From NCBI RefSeq assembly GCF_000143415.4, contig NW_003314354.1, positions 38,575 through 102,574 of the forward strand: a stretch of 64,000 bases of DNA, written 5' to 3'. Positions 1 to 13,917 of this stretch are shown here, piece by piece. How positions within the stretch are numbered: position 1 is the first letter of the stretch; every line of letters starts with the position of its first letter. The notes under the pieces are model-generated. The model did no database searches. It had not been told where the DNA came from and worked only from the letters and a program-made list of their open reading frames with translations. This stretch comes from Selaginella moellendorffii. Taxonomy: Eukaryota; Plantae; Lycopodiophyta. The position numbers and the translations under genes were made by a program.

Positions 1-299
1 TTGGTAAGGCAATTGCCTTTTAGACATATTTCCCAAGAGTATCTCAATACAATGCGTATAAAGTTTTAGAGGACTAGGTAAAAATATCCTTGTAATCTTT
101 GAGTAGATTTATGGCTTGATTGTGAAAGTCACTTTACAATCCTTAAACAATTTTAACAGTATATAGATTATCCTCATCAGTTAAATTGATTTGCTCAAAT
201 GGTTGATCATAGAAAACATGTAAAACATAATTTCTTTATTGATTAATTTTATAAGCAAGATTCTCTTTTAAAGAGAAATCTTTTATAGCTATATCAACC

Positions 300-2700
300 T
301 TTAGTCTAGGTACTTCTTTGAGTATTGAATAAACATCAACTTTTGAAATTAGTTCAATTTAAAAAAAAGTTCTAAAATTTGTTATTCTTGAAAATCATTT
401 AAACCTTCCTCCTAATCATAAGATTGAGATTTGAGGGGTCAATTTTCCTTTTCCAACTATACAGTGGAAGTAATGAGCACAGATCTTTCCTAATTGTCCT
501 ACTTTATATAAAAGAAATTATTTTTTTTAGTTTTGGTTTATGCAAGCAATTTTTAGCCAAGGTCTGCCTAATAGAGTTTTGTAAGTAGAATTTCGTTATG
601 TCATTTTAAGCATGACATAATTGAGTTTGTACTTTAGGCTAACCATATTTATTAATAATTCTAATAAGCTTGACACTTCGGTCATCAGCCATTTATACAT
701 TAAGCAGGGCTAGTTGAATTAGGCCTAGGCCTAATTTTTTGCAAATACTCTTTTCTAGAATATTTACATTTGAGCCACCATTGATAAAATTCTAAATAAT
801 AAATTCTTGCCAATCTTTATATCGATTGTAGGAACTTCATCATCACAAACTTTTAGCTCAATTACAATGGCCATAAATGGGATTAAAGTTTCTTTCTTCT
901 TAGGCAAGAGTTCTTTGAGCAATGTAACTTTAAGGTAAGATTTATAATGAGAAGTTAGCCTAGAGTGAGTGTAATTTTTACATTTAAAATGCCTTTTATT
1001 GTGCCATTTAGCTTTAATATAAAATTTTCCTTTTACACTGGTGGTAAATTCATGTCAATTTATAAAGGAATGAAACTCTCTATATTAGAATTATTATTCT
1101 CCAAATTGACTTATGGTTGCAAGTCTTGGAGTTGTTAAGTGATTTCTATGCTGATCTTTTTCTTTTGGCGCCATTGAGAGTTTCATCATCACTCTTTTCA
1201 TTTTGGCTTTCAGATTTAACTGTTCTTTTTTAGGCTTTAATTATAACACAAATGTTAGATAACTCTTTTGTATCTGACCATTCTACCTCAACGTGCCTAG
1301 ATACAAGTTGCATATCTTTAGGAGGCTTATCATTTTTGCTTGATAATTCAATATGGCCTAAGATAGCAAGTAGGAATCTTAACTTAATCATACTCTTTTG
1401 GTCTTTTATATTCTCTAGGCCTATTATAGCCTCTTGGATTATAATGTCTAGGCTTATTTTTCTCATAGCTATGTGGATAATCTTGAAAATTACCCTTAAG
1501 CGAATAATCCTAATGGTCATCTTGTGTTTCAGTGCATGGGTGTCTCACTTATACTGTGTACCTACAAAGTAATTTAGGTGTATTATCACACCTTCTTTAA
1601 CAATAGTAAAAGTACTAAGAGTCAGACTTCTATATACATTAAGTAGAATATCATTAAGTATTTTCTCGGTAATTAGTTAAGCTGTTTAAGCAATTTTGTT
1701 AAATCTATTATTCACTAGCCTAATTATAGTTTAGTTTTTGCTTTCTTATACTTTTGCCTAGTTACATAAAGTGGGGATCAACGAACTTCCATCTAGGTCT
1801 ATAAGTAAAATATATCTTCTGATAGGATAAACATTCTTATTTTGTCTACCCCAATTCCCACATTTAACTTCTATCAAAATAGTGGAGAGTTGCCAATCCT
1901 CAATTTCTCCACCTAGGTGCATAGGAGGACCTTCTCTTTCTGCCTGTGTTTAGTGTGGTTAAAATTGATTTAGTGCAAGGTCTTTGGCACGTGATAGTCA
2001 ACTCTAGAGTAGTTTGCTTGTTTCATAGTGGGTCTTTTTTTTTTGTTTATAGCCAACCTTGCCTTTACAATTATGCAATTAGAAAGAGTGGCTTATTCCT
2101 CTTGACAAATTTTAGGCAAATTGGATTAACACTAGGGACTAATTTGAATAAGACGTGAAGACTAATCTGTGAAATTGCCCTATAGAATCAACACAAGAGT
2201 CAAATTGTCTAGTGCATGATAGTCTATTCTAAATCAATTTTCTTGTAGAATGGCATTAGGTACTTTTTCAAACATGTGATAGTTAGAAGACTATGCTTCA
2301 AATCTAAATAAAAATTGCTTTTCAAGGAAAATTTCTCTCTAGCCTCTTTGCTAATATGCGGTTATGGTCAATATAAGTCTATGCTCAAGTTTGTATAATA
2401 AAGTTTTGAGCTTTACAATGTATTTTAGAATTTTTTAGGAGTGTCTAAGGTTATTTCACCTTTTTAGACAAAACACTTTTCTATATCTTTAAGTTTGTTC
2501 TAGTTTTATAGAGATTAAAGTGATGGTAGTAGTGTTTCCAAGACTGACATTTACACCTAACAACAAGCTCTACAACTCTCTGTTCCACATTTATAGCATG
2601 AAGCCTTTCAACTGCTTTGTCTGGCAAAAACTCAATTAGTATATATGATGATGTGTGCATTCCAAATATAGGTGAAAATTGAGCTATAACTCTTACTAGA
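300..2700 (-). mobile_element. Degraded Ty3/Gypsy gag-protease remnant
   Basis: The minus strand translates to retropepsin-type motifs ILINGGSNVNI (~760-795) and LLGRPWLKI (~548-575), with many stops. Boundaries are approximate. Confidence 0.55.
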
Positions 2701-4077
2701 GTAATTGTATAATTTTGTCTATATGAAAAATATTCTCTATGTGGTAATTCTCTCTTGTAAGGAGGTACGAACACCTATGGATCGCAACTCACAAAGAGTA
2801 ATTCACATGTTGCAAAGGTTTCATTTCTAGAGTGGTGAGTATTTCCCTTAGCAATTGAATATAGCTCAATTAGTTTGATAGAAAAATTTTCACGCCTATT
2901 GCAATTAAAAATGGCTTAAATAAAAAATAAGCTCTTAAGCAAAGATTTGCCAAAGTAGAAAATTTAGACAAGCTTAAGATTAGAGCAATCTAGACCCTAC
3001 ATGTAATTCAAAAAGCCAAAAATGCTAATATGACAAACAATTAAAAATCTTTTGTGAGCTTAAACTAAAAGATAAAGTCCTTTGGTATCAAAGTAAAATA
3101 GATGCTCTTGGAAATAAATTTAAGAGAAGAAAATTGAATAGTCCATTTATTTTATCTAAGATATTAGTTCTAGGAATGGCTAAAGTGCACACCATAAATG
3201 GGGACGATACTGCAATAGTAAATTTAAACCTTTTAAGGAAGGACTATAAAGATATAAACATAAATATTATTTATGCCTTAAGGTATAAAACTATGAATAA
3301 GTTCATAGATGAAGCCCTCACAGGGATTCATTGTGATGAGCTACCTAAGTGCATAGATAGGGTGGCCAATTAAATGAAGGATAGGGGTTTAGAAAAATTC
3401 TACAAAGTAACATTAAATTTTGTAGAACTATAGAAAGGCAGATTGGTTCTTCAATTATGGGATAATGTAAAATTGACTTTCAAAATGGATGAAGGGGATA
3501 TTAAGACCACTTAAAATCTTATTTCCAAACTTTTTATCTCCCTATAGTGTTAGATTAGTGGAATTGGATAGAAGAAGTAATCTTTCCTGATAAACTTAGA
3601 CAGAGATTTGTTCATTCAGAACAAAGGGAAAATACATATCCCCTAAAAAATATTCGCCTTTATGCTAGAGAAACCTTCATATATTTCAATGCTTTCTTTG
3701 ATAGGAAAGTTCTAAGGAAAGAAATCAAGGGATACATTAAACAAATATTTCTTTCTCTGGAGCAAGCCTTCCTTAAAAGTCTTATTGGTATAGCTTATAG
3801 AAATTTTCTCTAGGCAATGTAAGATTTAGAAGAAAAGAAAAGAAAGGGCGGATACTCTAAGAGTAATGTCTATATTTCTTTTACCCTACCAATAAACCAC
3901 GAGAATTAATGAACAAAGATTACTAAACTAATAAAGAAAACAATTTTCCACAAGAAGCTTCTTTTTCTCTTTTGTTTTTTTCTTCTCACTCACTCCATGC
4001 CTATGTCTCTACCAAGATGCATCGACACTCTAAGCTTAGCTCTAAAGCAATGTACAACAGCTCAAATGCCGCCTAGG

Positions 4078-4890
4078 TGTAGTGCAATTTTTACCCTTTA
4101 TTTTATGGTGATTTACCATAGGATAACCACGAAGTAGAACCTAAACCCTCCATATACCATGTGCCACATGCCATGTGTCCAAAGGATAGCGGTGTAAAAC
4201 CCAAGTTTTAAGGCCTTGGGCCACTAAATAAAGGAATAGTGCTAAACTCCCAAGTATGGAGCCAAGGAGTGATGGCATTGGAGCATAGAACAACTCCGAA
4301 GTATACAGCCCAAAGAGTGAAGGGATAGGAGTATAGAGTAATTTGGAACAATCCTAGAGTAACCAACATCCCAACGCTAGGACCAACACGCAAAACAGAG
4401 ATAAATAGAGTCTGGTGCTATTTCAGCATACCAGTGGTTTAACACAAGGATATGGGTACTCCACCAGCTAGCATGGTGTGGAACTTGGGTTTAGACCCAA
4501 GCTAGATATAGAATAAGAACAGGCACGCAAGCAGGAGTTAAACTATATTTTAGGTTGGTCAGCCATGCCTGACCTACCCACTATCCCTATTATACATTTG
4601 AAACCCCCTATATCCCTTCTCCCTTTGAGAAACACATGCTTTAGGCTTTCACCCAAAGCCTCTCTTAGTATTAGGAGTTAATCTCTGGGACAAGCTTGAA
4701 ACTTACTAAATATGGAATGTCTCTAGATTGTGAATTTGGGCACGGGATGAACACTATTGTGTTCAGGACAATTTTTACATTTTGTAGATATGCTAAATAA
4801 GCAGATTTAGACACTTTCCATAAATACCATTTGGGACCGAAATGAGACTAACACAAAAGGCATAATAGCAAGGGTTTTTAGCAGACATGG
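4078..4890 (-). repeat. Partial LTR of family A (same family as 16937-17745)
   Basis: Reverse-complement similarity to 17240-17745, including the LTR 3' end (tttacccttta...ccataggataaccac...cctaaaccctcc). Confidence 0.7.
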
Positions 4891-4899
4891 TAAGATATC

Positions 4900-6943
4900 A
4901 TCTTGTGAACTTTGCTCTAGCCATATGGCTAGGGCACCCAAAAATGGAAGGTGGGGAGAGTATCTATGAAGCTTGCATAAGGTCACAATGTTCTAAAATG
5001 TTGTCTTAAAGTCCTAAACTGTGGAAAGAAAGAAGAGCAATCTTCTGGTGTAGAGACCAAGGATATAGAAGGGTTAGCTTGGGTGCACCGCCAAGTATGG
5101 GAGATAGTCAACAACTTAAAAGTTTAAAAGACCTAATACCTATTGGCAAACCTATTAAAGTGTTAAGGTTAGATCACTAGATGATTTTATAGCTAAATAA
5201 GGACAAAGTCTTTGTGAAGTTAAGGGATAAAATTCCTAATTCAAAGTGTTGATTTGAATTACTGGTAATGGTGTGGCTTGGTCAAAATGACCAAGTGGGA
5301 AACACATATAAGGGAAATGAACTACAATGATGTAGTGGTATTATAAGTTTAAAAAACTAGTCTCTAAGGAAAGAACTCATGGGTGGGTTACAAGGTAGAG
5401 CCATGAATAGAGCCCATAATAGAAAATGTTAAACAAACCTACTAGAGGTGAACACCTCTTGGATTTAGCAAAGCAGAGCCTTTGCTATGGAACCAAAAAG
5501 ATATATTATGGAGGTAGTGATTTTATGTTGCTTGGTATAACAATCAAAGGATAAAAGCAAAAAATTAGTGACTAAGATTGGGCTATGGAAATCATTAGAA
5601 GGAATCCAAACTATAAAGTTGAGAAATGAACATTTATGTGTTAGATGCTAACGGATTGTGGAAAAGGGAATATGTTTCCAAAAATGGATCTTAAATGCTC
5701 CAATTCAGTAAAGGTGAAAGCTCCAAAGGAGAGAATGACAAGATAGCTAAATGATAGGGCCGTGGACAGCCCTAGCATAAATTATGGATAAATAGAACTT
5801 AATGCTTAGAGTGGAATAAAATAAAAGAAAGGATGATGGTGCCCTTAAGTGAAAAACTTTATAGGATGGGATAGTGGAGTTTGCACAATGTCGAGGATAC
5901 CCAGGAAATTGACTTTGACAAGTCAAAATTAAAAATTCCAAAGTGTGATGATTATGTTGATGGAAGATGAGATTACTCAAGAATGAGTAGTTGGATTAAG
6001 ATAGAAAAGGTGTCTCTAACGAGTTTAGCAAGAACTAAACCAAATAAAAGAAGAGAACCACCACAAGTGGTCTAATAAGTATCTAAGTTGGAAAGACTAT
6101 ACTCCTTAGACGATGGGCAAGGTATGGTGAGCCTTGGTGTCAAACCATTGATGAATATTGATTGGGTATCAAGGATGAAAAATGGTAATCCATGATGGGG
6201 TTACTCTATAAAATGGTTTATCGTTCGATGAAAACAGCAAACTTTGTCTATGGGTGATAGAGTTGCGAGACACAAATCTTTAAGCCCTAAAGTGGAGTAG
6301 AAAGGGTGCCACATGGTAGTGGTCAAAGCAAAAACATGTGTTTCATCAAAGCAAAAATAAGTGTAACATGTTTGGACCTAAGGCTCTGACTTGGAAAGTT
6401 GAAAATGGAAATGGAACTCTGAATGAAGTGTTCAAGGGATGAGCACGAAGCAATTGGTGAATGAGTGGATACAAGAAGGACTGACATATAGCAAATGTTA
6501 TGACAGATGGAAGTGTGAGGAATGAGTCCAAGATGGATTTGAGATGGAGTCCGAGATAGAGTTTAAGATGGACCCGAGATGGAGTCTAAGATGGACTCAA
6601 GATGGAGCATGAGATGGACCTGAGACGGAATCCAATATAGACTCGAGATATAGTCTAAGATGGACTCAAGATGGAGTCTGAGATAGACTCGAGATGGACC
6701 TCAAATGGAGTCCAAGATAGAGTTCGAGATGGACCCTAGATGGAGTGCAAGGTTGAGTCCGAGATGGACTTGAGATGGAGTTCGAGGTCGAGGCCGAGAA
6801 AGAGACTGAGATTGAGTTTGAGATTGAGACCAAGTCTAAGTTTGAGTCCAAGTCCGAGGATGAAAGCTCAAAGCAATCGTCTCCCAAACCCTAGGGGGTT
6901 TGGTGAGCTCCAAAAGTATAGTTGGGGGAGGATTCTAGTGGAG
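4900..6943 (+). mobile_element. Older, deleted family-B LTR retrotransposon: LTR fragment, 3' internal region and start of 3' LTR (from 6264)
   Basis: Reverse-complement homology to 7860-10010. Purine tract gggtgatagag is followed by tgcgagacacaaa at 6264. Interrupted at 6943 by a younger copy. Confidence 0.7.
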
Positions 6944-8810
6944 TGTAAGCGACTAAATTTTCCATTCTACTTTAGTCACTTAACCACACCTCCGACCACT
7001 TGGAGGAGTCTCATTCACAACCTCCATCAGTCCAATTCAGGACTTGGGACTTGCTAGCCCCAAGAATGGCATCCATGCCACTCAACACTTGCACCTGGTC
7101 CAAGTGCTCCACGTGTCCGGTCCCAAGACCGACACCCAAAGGTACCACTGACATCTTGGCCCGTTACGCTAAGGCCATGCCCATTCACCTTTGCTACACT
7201 AGTGGTCCAATACCACTTGCATCACCATCCCGTCTCTCCAAGACTGGGCCATCTGTCCACGAGTGGTCATCCTAGATCCACTCCTTAGCATCCTTAAGAT
7301 GCCCACAGACCTGGGGAATCGCCTTCCCCAAAGTCCCTTTGTCAGTTCCTACCAAGTCCCTTTCTACCCCTGGCCGTGTTTGCTAACACTGCCACTGGAT
7401 CGAGGCCCACAGGCCCGACCACTAAGTCCCATGGTCCTCTGGGACTTCCTCACCACACGACTGTGTCCTTGATCACTACCCCAGAGGACTGCTCCTCTTC
7501 CTTTCCACAGTCTAGGCCTTTGGGACAACATTTCGGAACACCGTGGCCTTACGCGAGCCACCTGGGTACTCTCCCCGCCTTTCGCCTTTAGGTGCTCTAG
7601 CCATGGGCTTAGAGCGAGGTTCTGTTGAGCCACGCCTGGTATCCAAGTAGGTAGTGCCACCCACACTTGGACTGGGAGCATCGGCCAGTCGATCTCCCGG
7701 GGGAACTAGAGCCGGCTCTTGAACACTTCACCAAGCTACCCCGCTTGTCGGTCCGTATTCACTCTAGTCTTGGACTTCCCAGTGGTCAGTTCATCACCCA
7801 ACACTGGGTCTGGCCTTCCTGGGCCAAACTGGCCTTTCTTGGCCAAACTGGCTCCACTACAGTCCTCCCCCTCACTATACTTTTGGAGCTCACCAAACCC
7901 CCCAGGGTCTGGGAGACGAACGCTTTGGGCTTTCACCCTCTCAGACTCGAACTCGGACTCGGACTCGGACTTGGACTCGGATTCGGACTTGGACTCGGAC
8001 TCAGACTCGGACTCGGGCTCGGGCTCGGTCTCAGCCTTGGCCTCGGTCCCGGTCTCGGTCCCGGTCTCGGTCCTGGTCTCGGTCTCGGTCTCGGTCTCGG
8101 TCCCGGTCTCGGTCTCGACCTCGGACTCCATCTCGGGTCCTTCTCGGACTCAATCTCGGACTCCATCTCGGGCTCCATCTCGGTCCATCTCGGACTCCAT
8201 CTCGGACTCCATCTTGGACTCCGTCTCGGTCCATCTCGGACTCCATCTCGGGTCCATCTCGGACTCCGTCTCGGTCCACCTCGGACTCCATCTCGGACTC
8301 CATCTCGGGTCCATCTCGGACTCCATCTCGGGTCCATCTCGGACTCCATCTCGGGTCCATCTCGGACTCCGTCTCGGTCCACCTCGGACTCCATCTCGGA
8401 CTCCATCTCGGGTCCATCTCGGACTCCGTCTTGGTCCACCTCGGACTCCACTTCGGTCCACCTCGGACTCCATATCGGACTCCATCTCGAACTCCACTTT
8501 GGACTCCATATCGGACTCCACTTCGGGTCCATCTCGGACTCCAACTAGGGTCCGTCTTGGACTCCATCTCGGACACTTCCACGTGTCATGTGTTGGTCCT
8601 TTTTTTGGGTCCCTTTTTGGAGCCTTGCTTATTGCTCGCTTCGTGCTCGCTCCTTGAGCACTTTGTTGGGAGTTCCACTCCCGCTCTCGACCTTCCAAGT
8701 TAGAGCTTTTAGTCCAAATGTGTTACACTCGTTTGGGCTTTCGCTTCGGCCACTACCACATGGCACCCTTTCCGGCTCCACTTTTGGGCCTAGGGATTTT
8801 GTGTCTCATA
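6944..8810 (-). repeat. 3' LTR of family-B element (1867 bp)
   Basis: tgtaagcgactaaa...gtgtctcata; direct repeat of 12725-13912. Confidence 0.9.
7940..8572. repeat. Tandem array inside the LTR: (GGACTC)n, (GGTCTC)n, then 10-12-mers GGACTCCATCTC/GGGTCCATCTC
   Basis: Directly visible. Shorter array at 13700-13882 and a degenerate inverted one at 6525-6860. Confidence 0.95.
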
Positions 8811-11800
8811 ACTCCACCACCCATAGACGAAGTTCGATGTCCTCATCAAACGGTAAACCCTTTTATAAAGTAACAACCGCAAGTATTACCATTCCCATCC
8901 TTGGCACCCGGCCAATATTTGTCTATGGTTTGACCCCGAAGGCTCACCATGCCTTGTCCATCCTCTAAGGAGGATAGTCTCTCCAACTTAGAAACTGATT
9001 GGACCACTTGTGGTGGTTCTTTCCGTTTATTGGTTTAGTTCTCGCTAAACCCGTTAGAGGCACCCTCTCTAACTCAATTCCACTACTCATTCTTGAGTAG
9101 TCACAGATTCCATTGATCTACCTTTGCACTTTGGAACGTTTACTTTTGACTTCTTGAAGTCACTTTCCTAGGTGTCTCCGACACCTTGTCTTGCACATTT
9201 TGTGCAACTCCACTTCCCCTAGGAAGTTCTCTACTCGAGGGCACCCTCATCCTCTTTTCTATTTTTGTGCCACCATTGGCATTACGTTCCATTTATCATT
9301 ATTTGTGCTAAGGCTGCCCACGGCCCTATCTTTTGGCTATTTAGTTGCTCCTTCACTTGGAGCCTTTCCTTTGCCAAATTGAAGCACTTGGGAATCCATC
9401 CTTGGAAGTCCACTTCTTTTTCCGCAATCCATTAGCATCAAACACATTAGTCTAACTTTGCCACTTGGATTCTTTCCAATGGATTCCACGGCCCTATCTT
9501 GGGCACTCGTCTTTTGCTCCTATCCTTGGATTGTTGCACCAAGCAACATAGGATCGCTACCTCCATTTTTGAGGTTTCCTTTCGGTTCCATAGTAAACAC
9601 TTTGCTTTGCCAAGTCCAAAGAGTGTTCACCCTTAGTACGTCTCTTTAACATTTTCTGTCGTGGGCTCTATCCACGGCCCAACTTTTTGAGACCCTCTCT
9701 TAGATCTTTTATAGAGACTACTTTCCTTGGACTTGCTATGCCATAGCATTGACATAGCTCATTTCCCTTAGGTGTGCTTCCCACTTGGTCACCTCAACCA
9801 AGCCACACCTTTATCAATGGTTCAAATCAACACTTTGAACTAGGAATCATATTCCTTAACCCAAACAAAGACTTTGTCCTTGTTTAGCCACAAAATCACC
9901 TAGTGATCTCATCTTGACCCTTTAATAAGTCTATCAATAGGAACTAGGTCTTCTAGACCCTTCTAAGTTGTTGACTATGACCCCGTGGGCATCCCCCACA
10001 CTCGGCAGTGCGCCCAAGCCAGCCCTTCTGGCCAAGGATCCATAGCAACTGAGACTGGATGTCCCCATCTCATTCACCACGTCCTTGGTGCCTTTCGCAC
10101 CAAAGTGTTCAAGTTAGATATGCTGAGCTTTCACTCTAAGCAATCTAACCGTGCATCACGACTCCGGGGCATCCCCCGCTTGGCGGTGTGCCCAAGCCAA
10201 TCTCCTCATTGAGAGTCCATGACCACCGAAATATGAGTGTCCTCATATTCCAAACCATCACCACGCCCTAGTGATTTGGGACTCGAACCCAAGCACTAAA
10301 GGGTCGGGACTCGAACCCAACCTCCGTATATGCATCTACAGACGGCATCACCCAGGATGCCTGGCGTGACTCCCCACGCCGGTGCACCAACTTATACTCA
10401 AAGCGCGCTACAGATCACAGCTTAGGAACCTAGTTCCTTCACATTGCCAAGTCCTCTCACTTGACAAGTCTGTGATCATGCATGGACTCCTCCATGCTTG
10501 GCCCTATGGCCCACCCTTTTTGAAGTTATCACCTTCAACTAGGGTATTTGTTCCCCTGACTTGCCAATCTCGCTTTGGCAAGTCCTTCGACCACTGTAAC
10601 ATGGTTCCTGCACAAGCGTGATCATCGACTTTCGTTCAAAGCCCTCTCTTTGAACACTCGGGAACTACTTCCCTAACCTTGATAGCCTTGCCTCATGGCA
10701 AGCTTCAAGACCACGCTTCTGCTGCGCCACTCTGATTTTGCACGTGCTTTGAACCATTTACACTTGGTCTTTCTAGGTACTAAGCTACCTAGAATCATCT
10801 TTGGGAACCTTGAAGGAACCCTGTCCCTTAGCTTGCTAAGGCCTCCCTTTTTGCAAGCTTTCCAATTACCATATAGTCTAACATGGACAATTTCATATTT
10901 TAGACTCTCCATGGCATCACGGTTGCTAGCGGCAACACCCTCGAGCCCCCACTTGATTCTCCACTCCCAACTGGCATAACTACCCTTGGTTATGCTCTTC
11001 GATTCCTATGGTTTGGTTCTATCCCCCTACTACTTGCTTTTGGCTTCACACCTTTCCTTCGGTCATTCTCCTCCCGACTAGGAGGATAGCTTTGCACTTT
11101 CTATCATGCCTTAGCAAGTATTCTTAGGGATGAACCTACCCAATAGCCTAGGGAGTGGTTCCTCAATCCAGGTATGCTCACCCTATAATCCCACACACCG
11201 GGATTACATTGTTGCTTATGGGCCCTTACATACCCATCACTAGCCTTGCCAAAATTCCATTTTTGGCTTTGTCCAATTCGAGTAGACAGTCTTCTCCTGT
11301 CTCCGCCACCTTGGACATTTGGATAGCACTTTCTATCCATCATTTGCTAGAGACTTAGTCCCTTGGGCCTTATCTATTGCCCTTGCAACATCAAACACCA
11401 CCTCATGGTGTTCTAGAGTGTTTGGGTGTCCCAATGATGGCTTCTTTGACAATGAGTATTTCCTTTTATGACATTGACTTACTATATCGCAACATAAGCA
11501 ACTTATCCCCTGTAAGGGTATATCCAACTTCCCTATGCCATTAAGAAGGCTTGGGTAGCTACCTTCTACCCATTTAACCAATTATTTTGCACCTCTTGCT
11601 TAGTTGCCTCATAGTTGTCAAGTCCTACAACTCATTGCTGGTGCTTCCACACCTCCATCATTATCTGGGTCACCGCACTCCAATTGCATGCTTTGCAGCT
11701 TAGGCTATGCCATTCCCATTTCCATTGGGATTCCTTTGGCAAGGGATTCTCATGAACCCACCAACATAGCCTCAAAGTATCACACCTTGGCACATTTGGT

Positions 11801-12724
11801 GTCTCCACACCATCGGCTCCACGAGCCTACCTCTATGACACTTTTTCTTTGTGTCTAAGTCTTTGCCAAGACCAATACCGCTCTTTCTCATGCCAACCAT
11901 CTGTTAGCACGGCACCATAGAGGTCACGCACAGCTTTGTGTCAAAGTTGTTTTCTTTTTTGGGAACACCTTTCCCACAACTTTAGCACGGCACATTTTGC
12001 CATTGATGAGATACCCTCTGTTCTCATCCTTGGATCCTATGATCCCCCCCCATCCTTCGTGGGGTGCAACACACCTCAGTCCAAATTCTCCTATCAGTCC
12101 TTTTTAGGATCATTCCTTGACTCTACTTGAGTCATCCAGCAATTTTGGACTTGGTTAATCCACATACCCGTAAGGTCCTACTTGTGAGGCACTAGCTCAC
12201 TTGGAATACACTTTTTGCATTCCTGTCCTACTCAAAAGGACTATTTTCACAAGTGTTACTCTGACACTTGATTTTGTTCTCTGGGGCAACCTTTGCCCCT
12301 TAGGAGTACTTGTCCATGTGATGAGAATACCAACTCATCTCTAAGTACACCCCCCAACTCCTTGGGTTGTTCTAGCATTTATTAAAGGTAGCCCCGGCTA
12401 CCATTTCAAAGACTTGAGTCCTCTTCCGTATTTGACCTCCCATGGTCATCACTTCAAGTCTCACATTCATGAGCACTAACCTCAACTATATGAGAATAAC
12501 CATATACTGTCCCCAAGATCCCAAAGTCGTTCCCTTACTGGCCCCTTTTCTATCCACCACATCGCGCCCAAGTTCATGCATGAACTCGAGTGGAGAGCCA
12601 TGTCCTCTCGACGTGCTACTCCTCAAGGATAGGCCCACTCCTAGGACCTTCCGATGCCAATATCAATGGTGATATACTTGAGCACCAATAAAAGTCGGAC
12701 TAAGGAACAGCTCCGATACCAAGT

Positions 12725-13912
12725 TATAAGCGACTAAATTTTCCATTCTACTTTAGTCACTTAACCACACCTCCGACCACTTGGAGGAGTCTCATTCACA
12801 ACCTCCATCAGTCCAATTCAGGACTTGGGACTTGTTAGCCCCAAGAATGGCATCCATGCCACTCAACACTTGCACCTGGTCCAAGTGCTCCACGTGTCCG
12901 GTCCCAAGACCGACACCCAAAGGTACCACTGACATCTCGGCCCGTTACGCTAAGGCCATGCCCATTCACCTTTGCTGCACTAGTGGTCCAATACCACTTG
13001 CATCACCATCCCGTCTCTCCAAGACTGGGCCATCTGTCCACGAGTGGTCATCCTAGATCCACTCCTTAGCATCCTTAAGATGCCCACAGACCTGGGGAAT
13101 CGCCTTCCCCAAAGTCCCTTTGTCAGTTCCTACCAAGTCCCTTTCTACCCCTGGCCGTGTTTGCCAACACTGCCACTGGATCGAGGCCCACAGGCCCGAC
13201 CACTAAGTCCCATGGTCCTCTGGGACTTCCTCACCACACAACTGTGTCCTTGGTCACTACCCCAGAGGACTGCTCCTCTTCCTTTCCACAGTCTAGGCCT
13301 TTGGGACAACATTTCGGAACACCGTGGCCTTACACGAGCCACCTGGGTACTCTCCCTGCCTTTCGCCTTTAGGTGCTCTAGCCATGGGCTTAGAGCGAGG
13401 TTCCGTTGAGCCACGCCTGGTATCCAAGTAGGTTGTGCCACCCACACTTGGACTGGGAGCATCGGCCAGTCGATCTCCTGGGGGAACTAGAGCCGGCTCT
13501 TGAACACTTCACCAAGCTACCCCGCTTGTCGGTCCGTATTCACTCTAGTCTTGGACTTCCCAGTGGTCAGTTCATCACCCAACACTGGGTCTGGCCTTCC
13601 TGGGCCAAACTGGCTCCAGTACAGTCCTCCCCCTCACTATACTTTTGGAGCTCACCAAACCCCCCAGGGTTTGGGAGACGAACGCTTTGGGCTTTCACCC
13701 TCTCAGACTCGAACTCGGACTCGGACTCGGACTTGGACTTGGACTTGGACTCGGACTCGGACTCAGACTCGGGCTCGGGCTCGGTCTCAGCCTTGGCCTC
13801 GGTCCCGGTCTTGGTCCCGGTCTCGGTCTCGGTCTCAGTCTCGGTCCCGGTCTCGGTCTCGACCTCGGACTCCATCTCGGGTCTTTGGGGCCTAGGGATT
13901 TTGTGTCTCACA
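12725..13912 (-). repeat. 5' LTR of family-B element (1188 bp; ~650 bp of the array region deleted)
   Basis: tataagcgactaaa...gtgtctcaca, adjacent to the PBS. Confidence 0.9.
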
Positions 13913-13917
13913 TGGAG

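Larger units (their letters stand above)
6944..13912 (-). mobile_element. Family-B LTR retrotransposon, full boundaries, non-autonomous or decayed (3.9-kb internal region, no recognisable pol)
   Basis: Near-identical LTRs at 6944-8810 and 12725-13912. 5-bp TSD TGGAG at 6939-6943 and 13913-13917. tRNA-Met-type PBS (rc ctccgatacca, ~12711-12721). PPT rc actccaccaccc at 8811. Confidence 0.92.

Noticed and set aside
7667-8703. Six-frame ORFs with LG/SD/SR/ES repeats (also 6666-7057 and 13406-14034)
   Set aside because: These are artefacts of stop-free tandem arrays inside LTRs, not proteins.
10278-10320. tRNA gene
   Set aside because: Only T-arm-like hairpins are present, with no cloverleaf.
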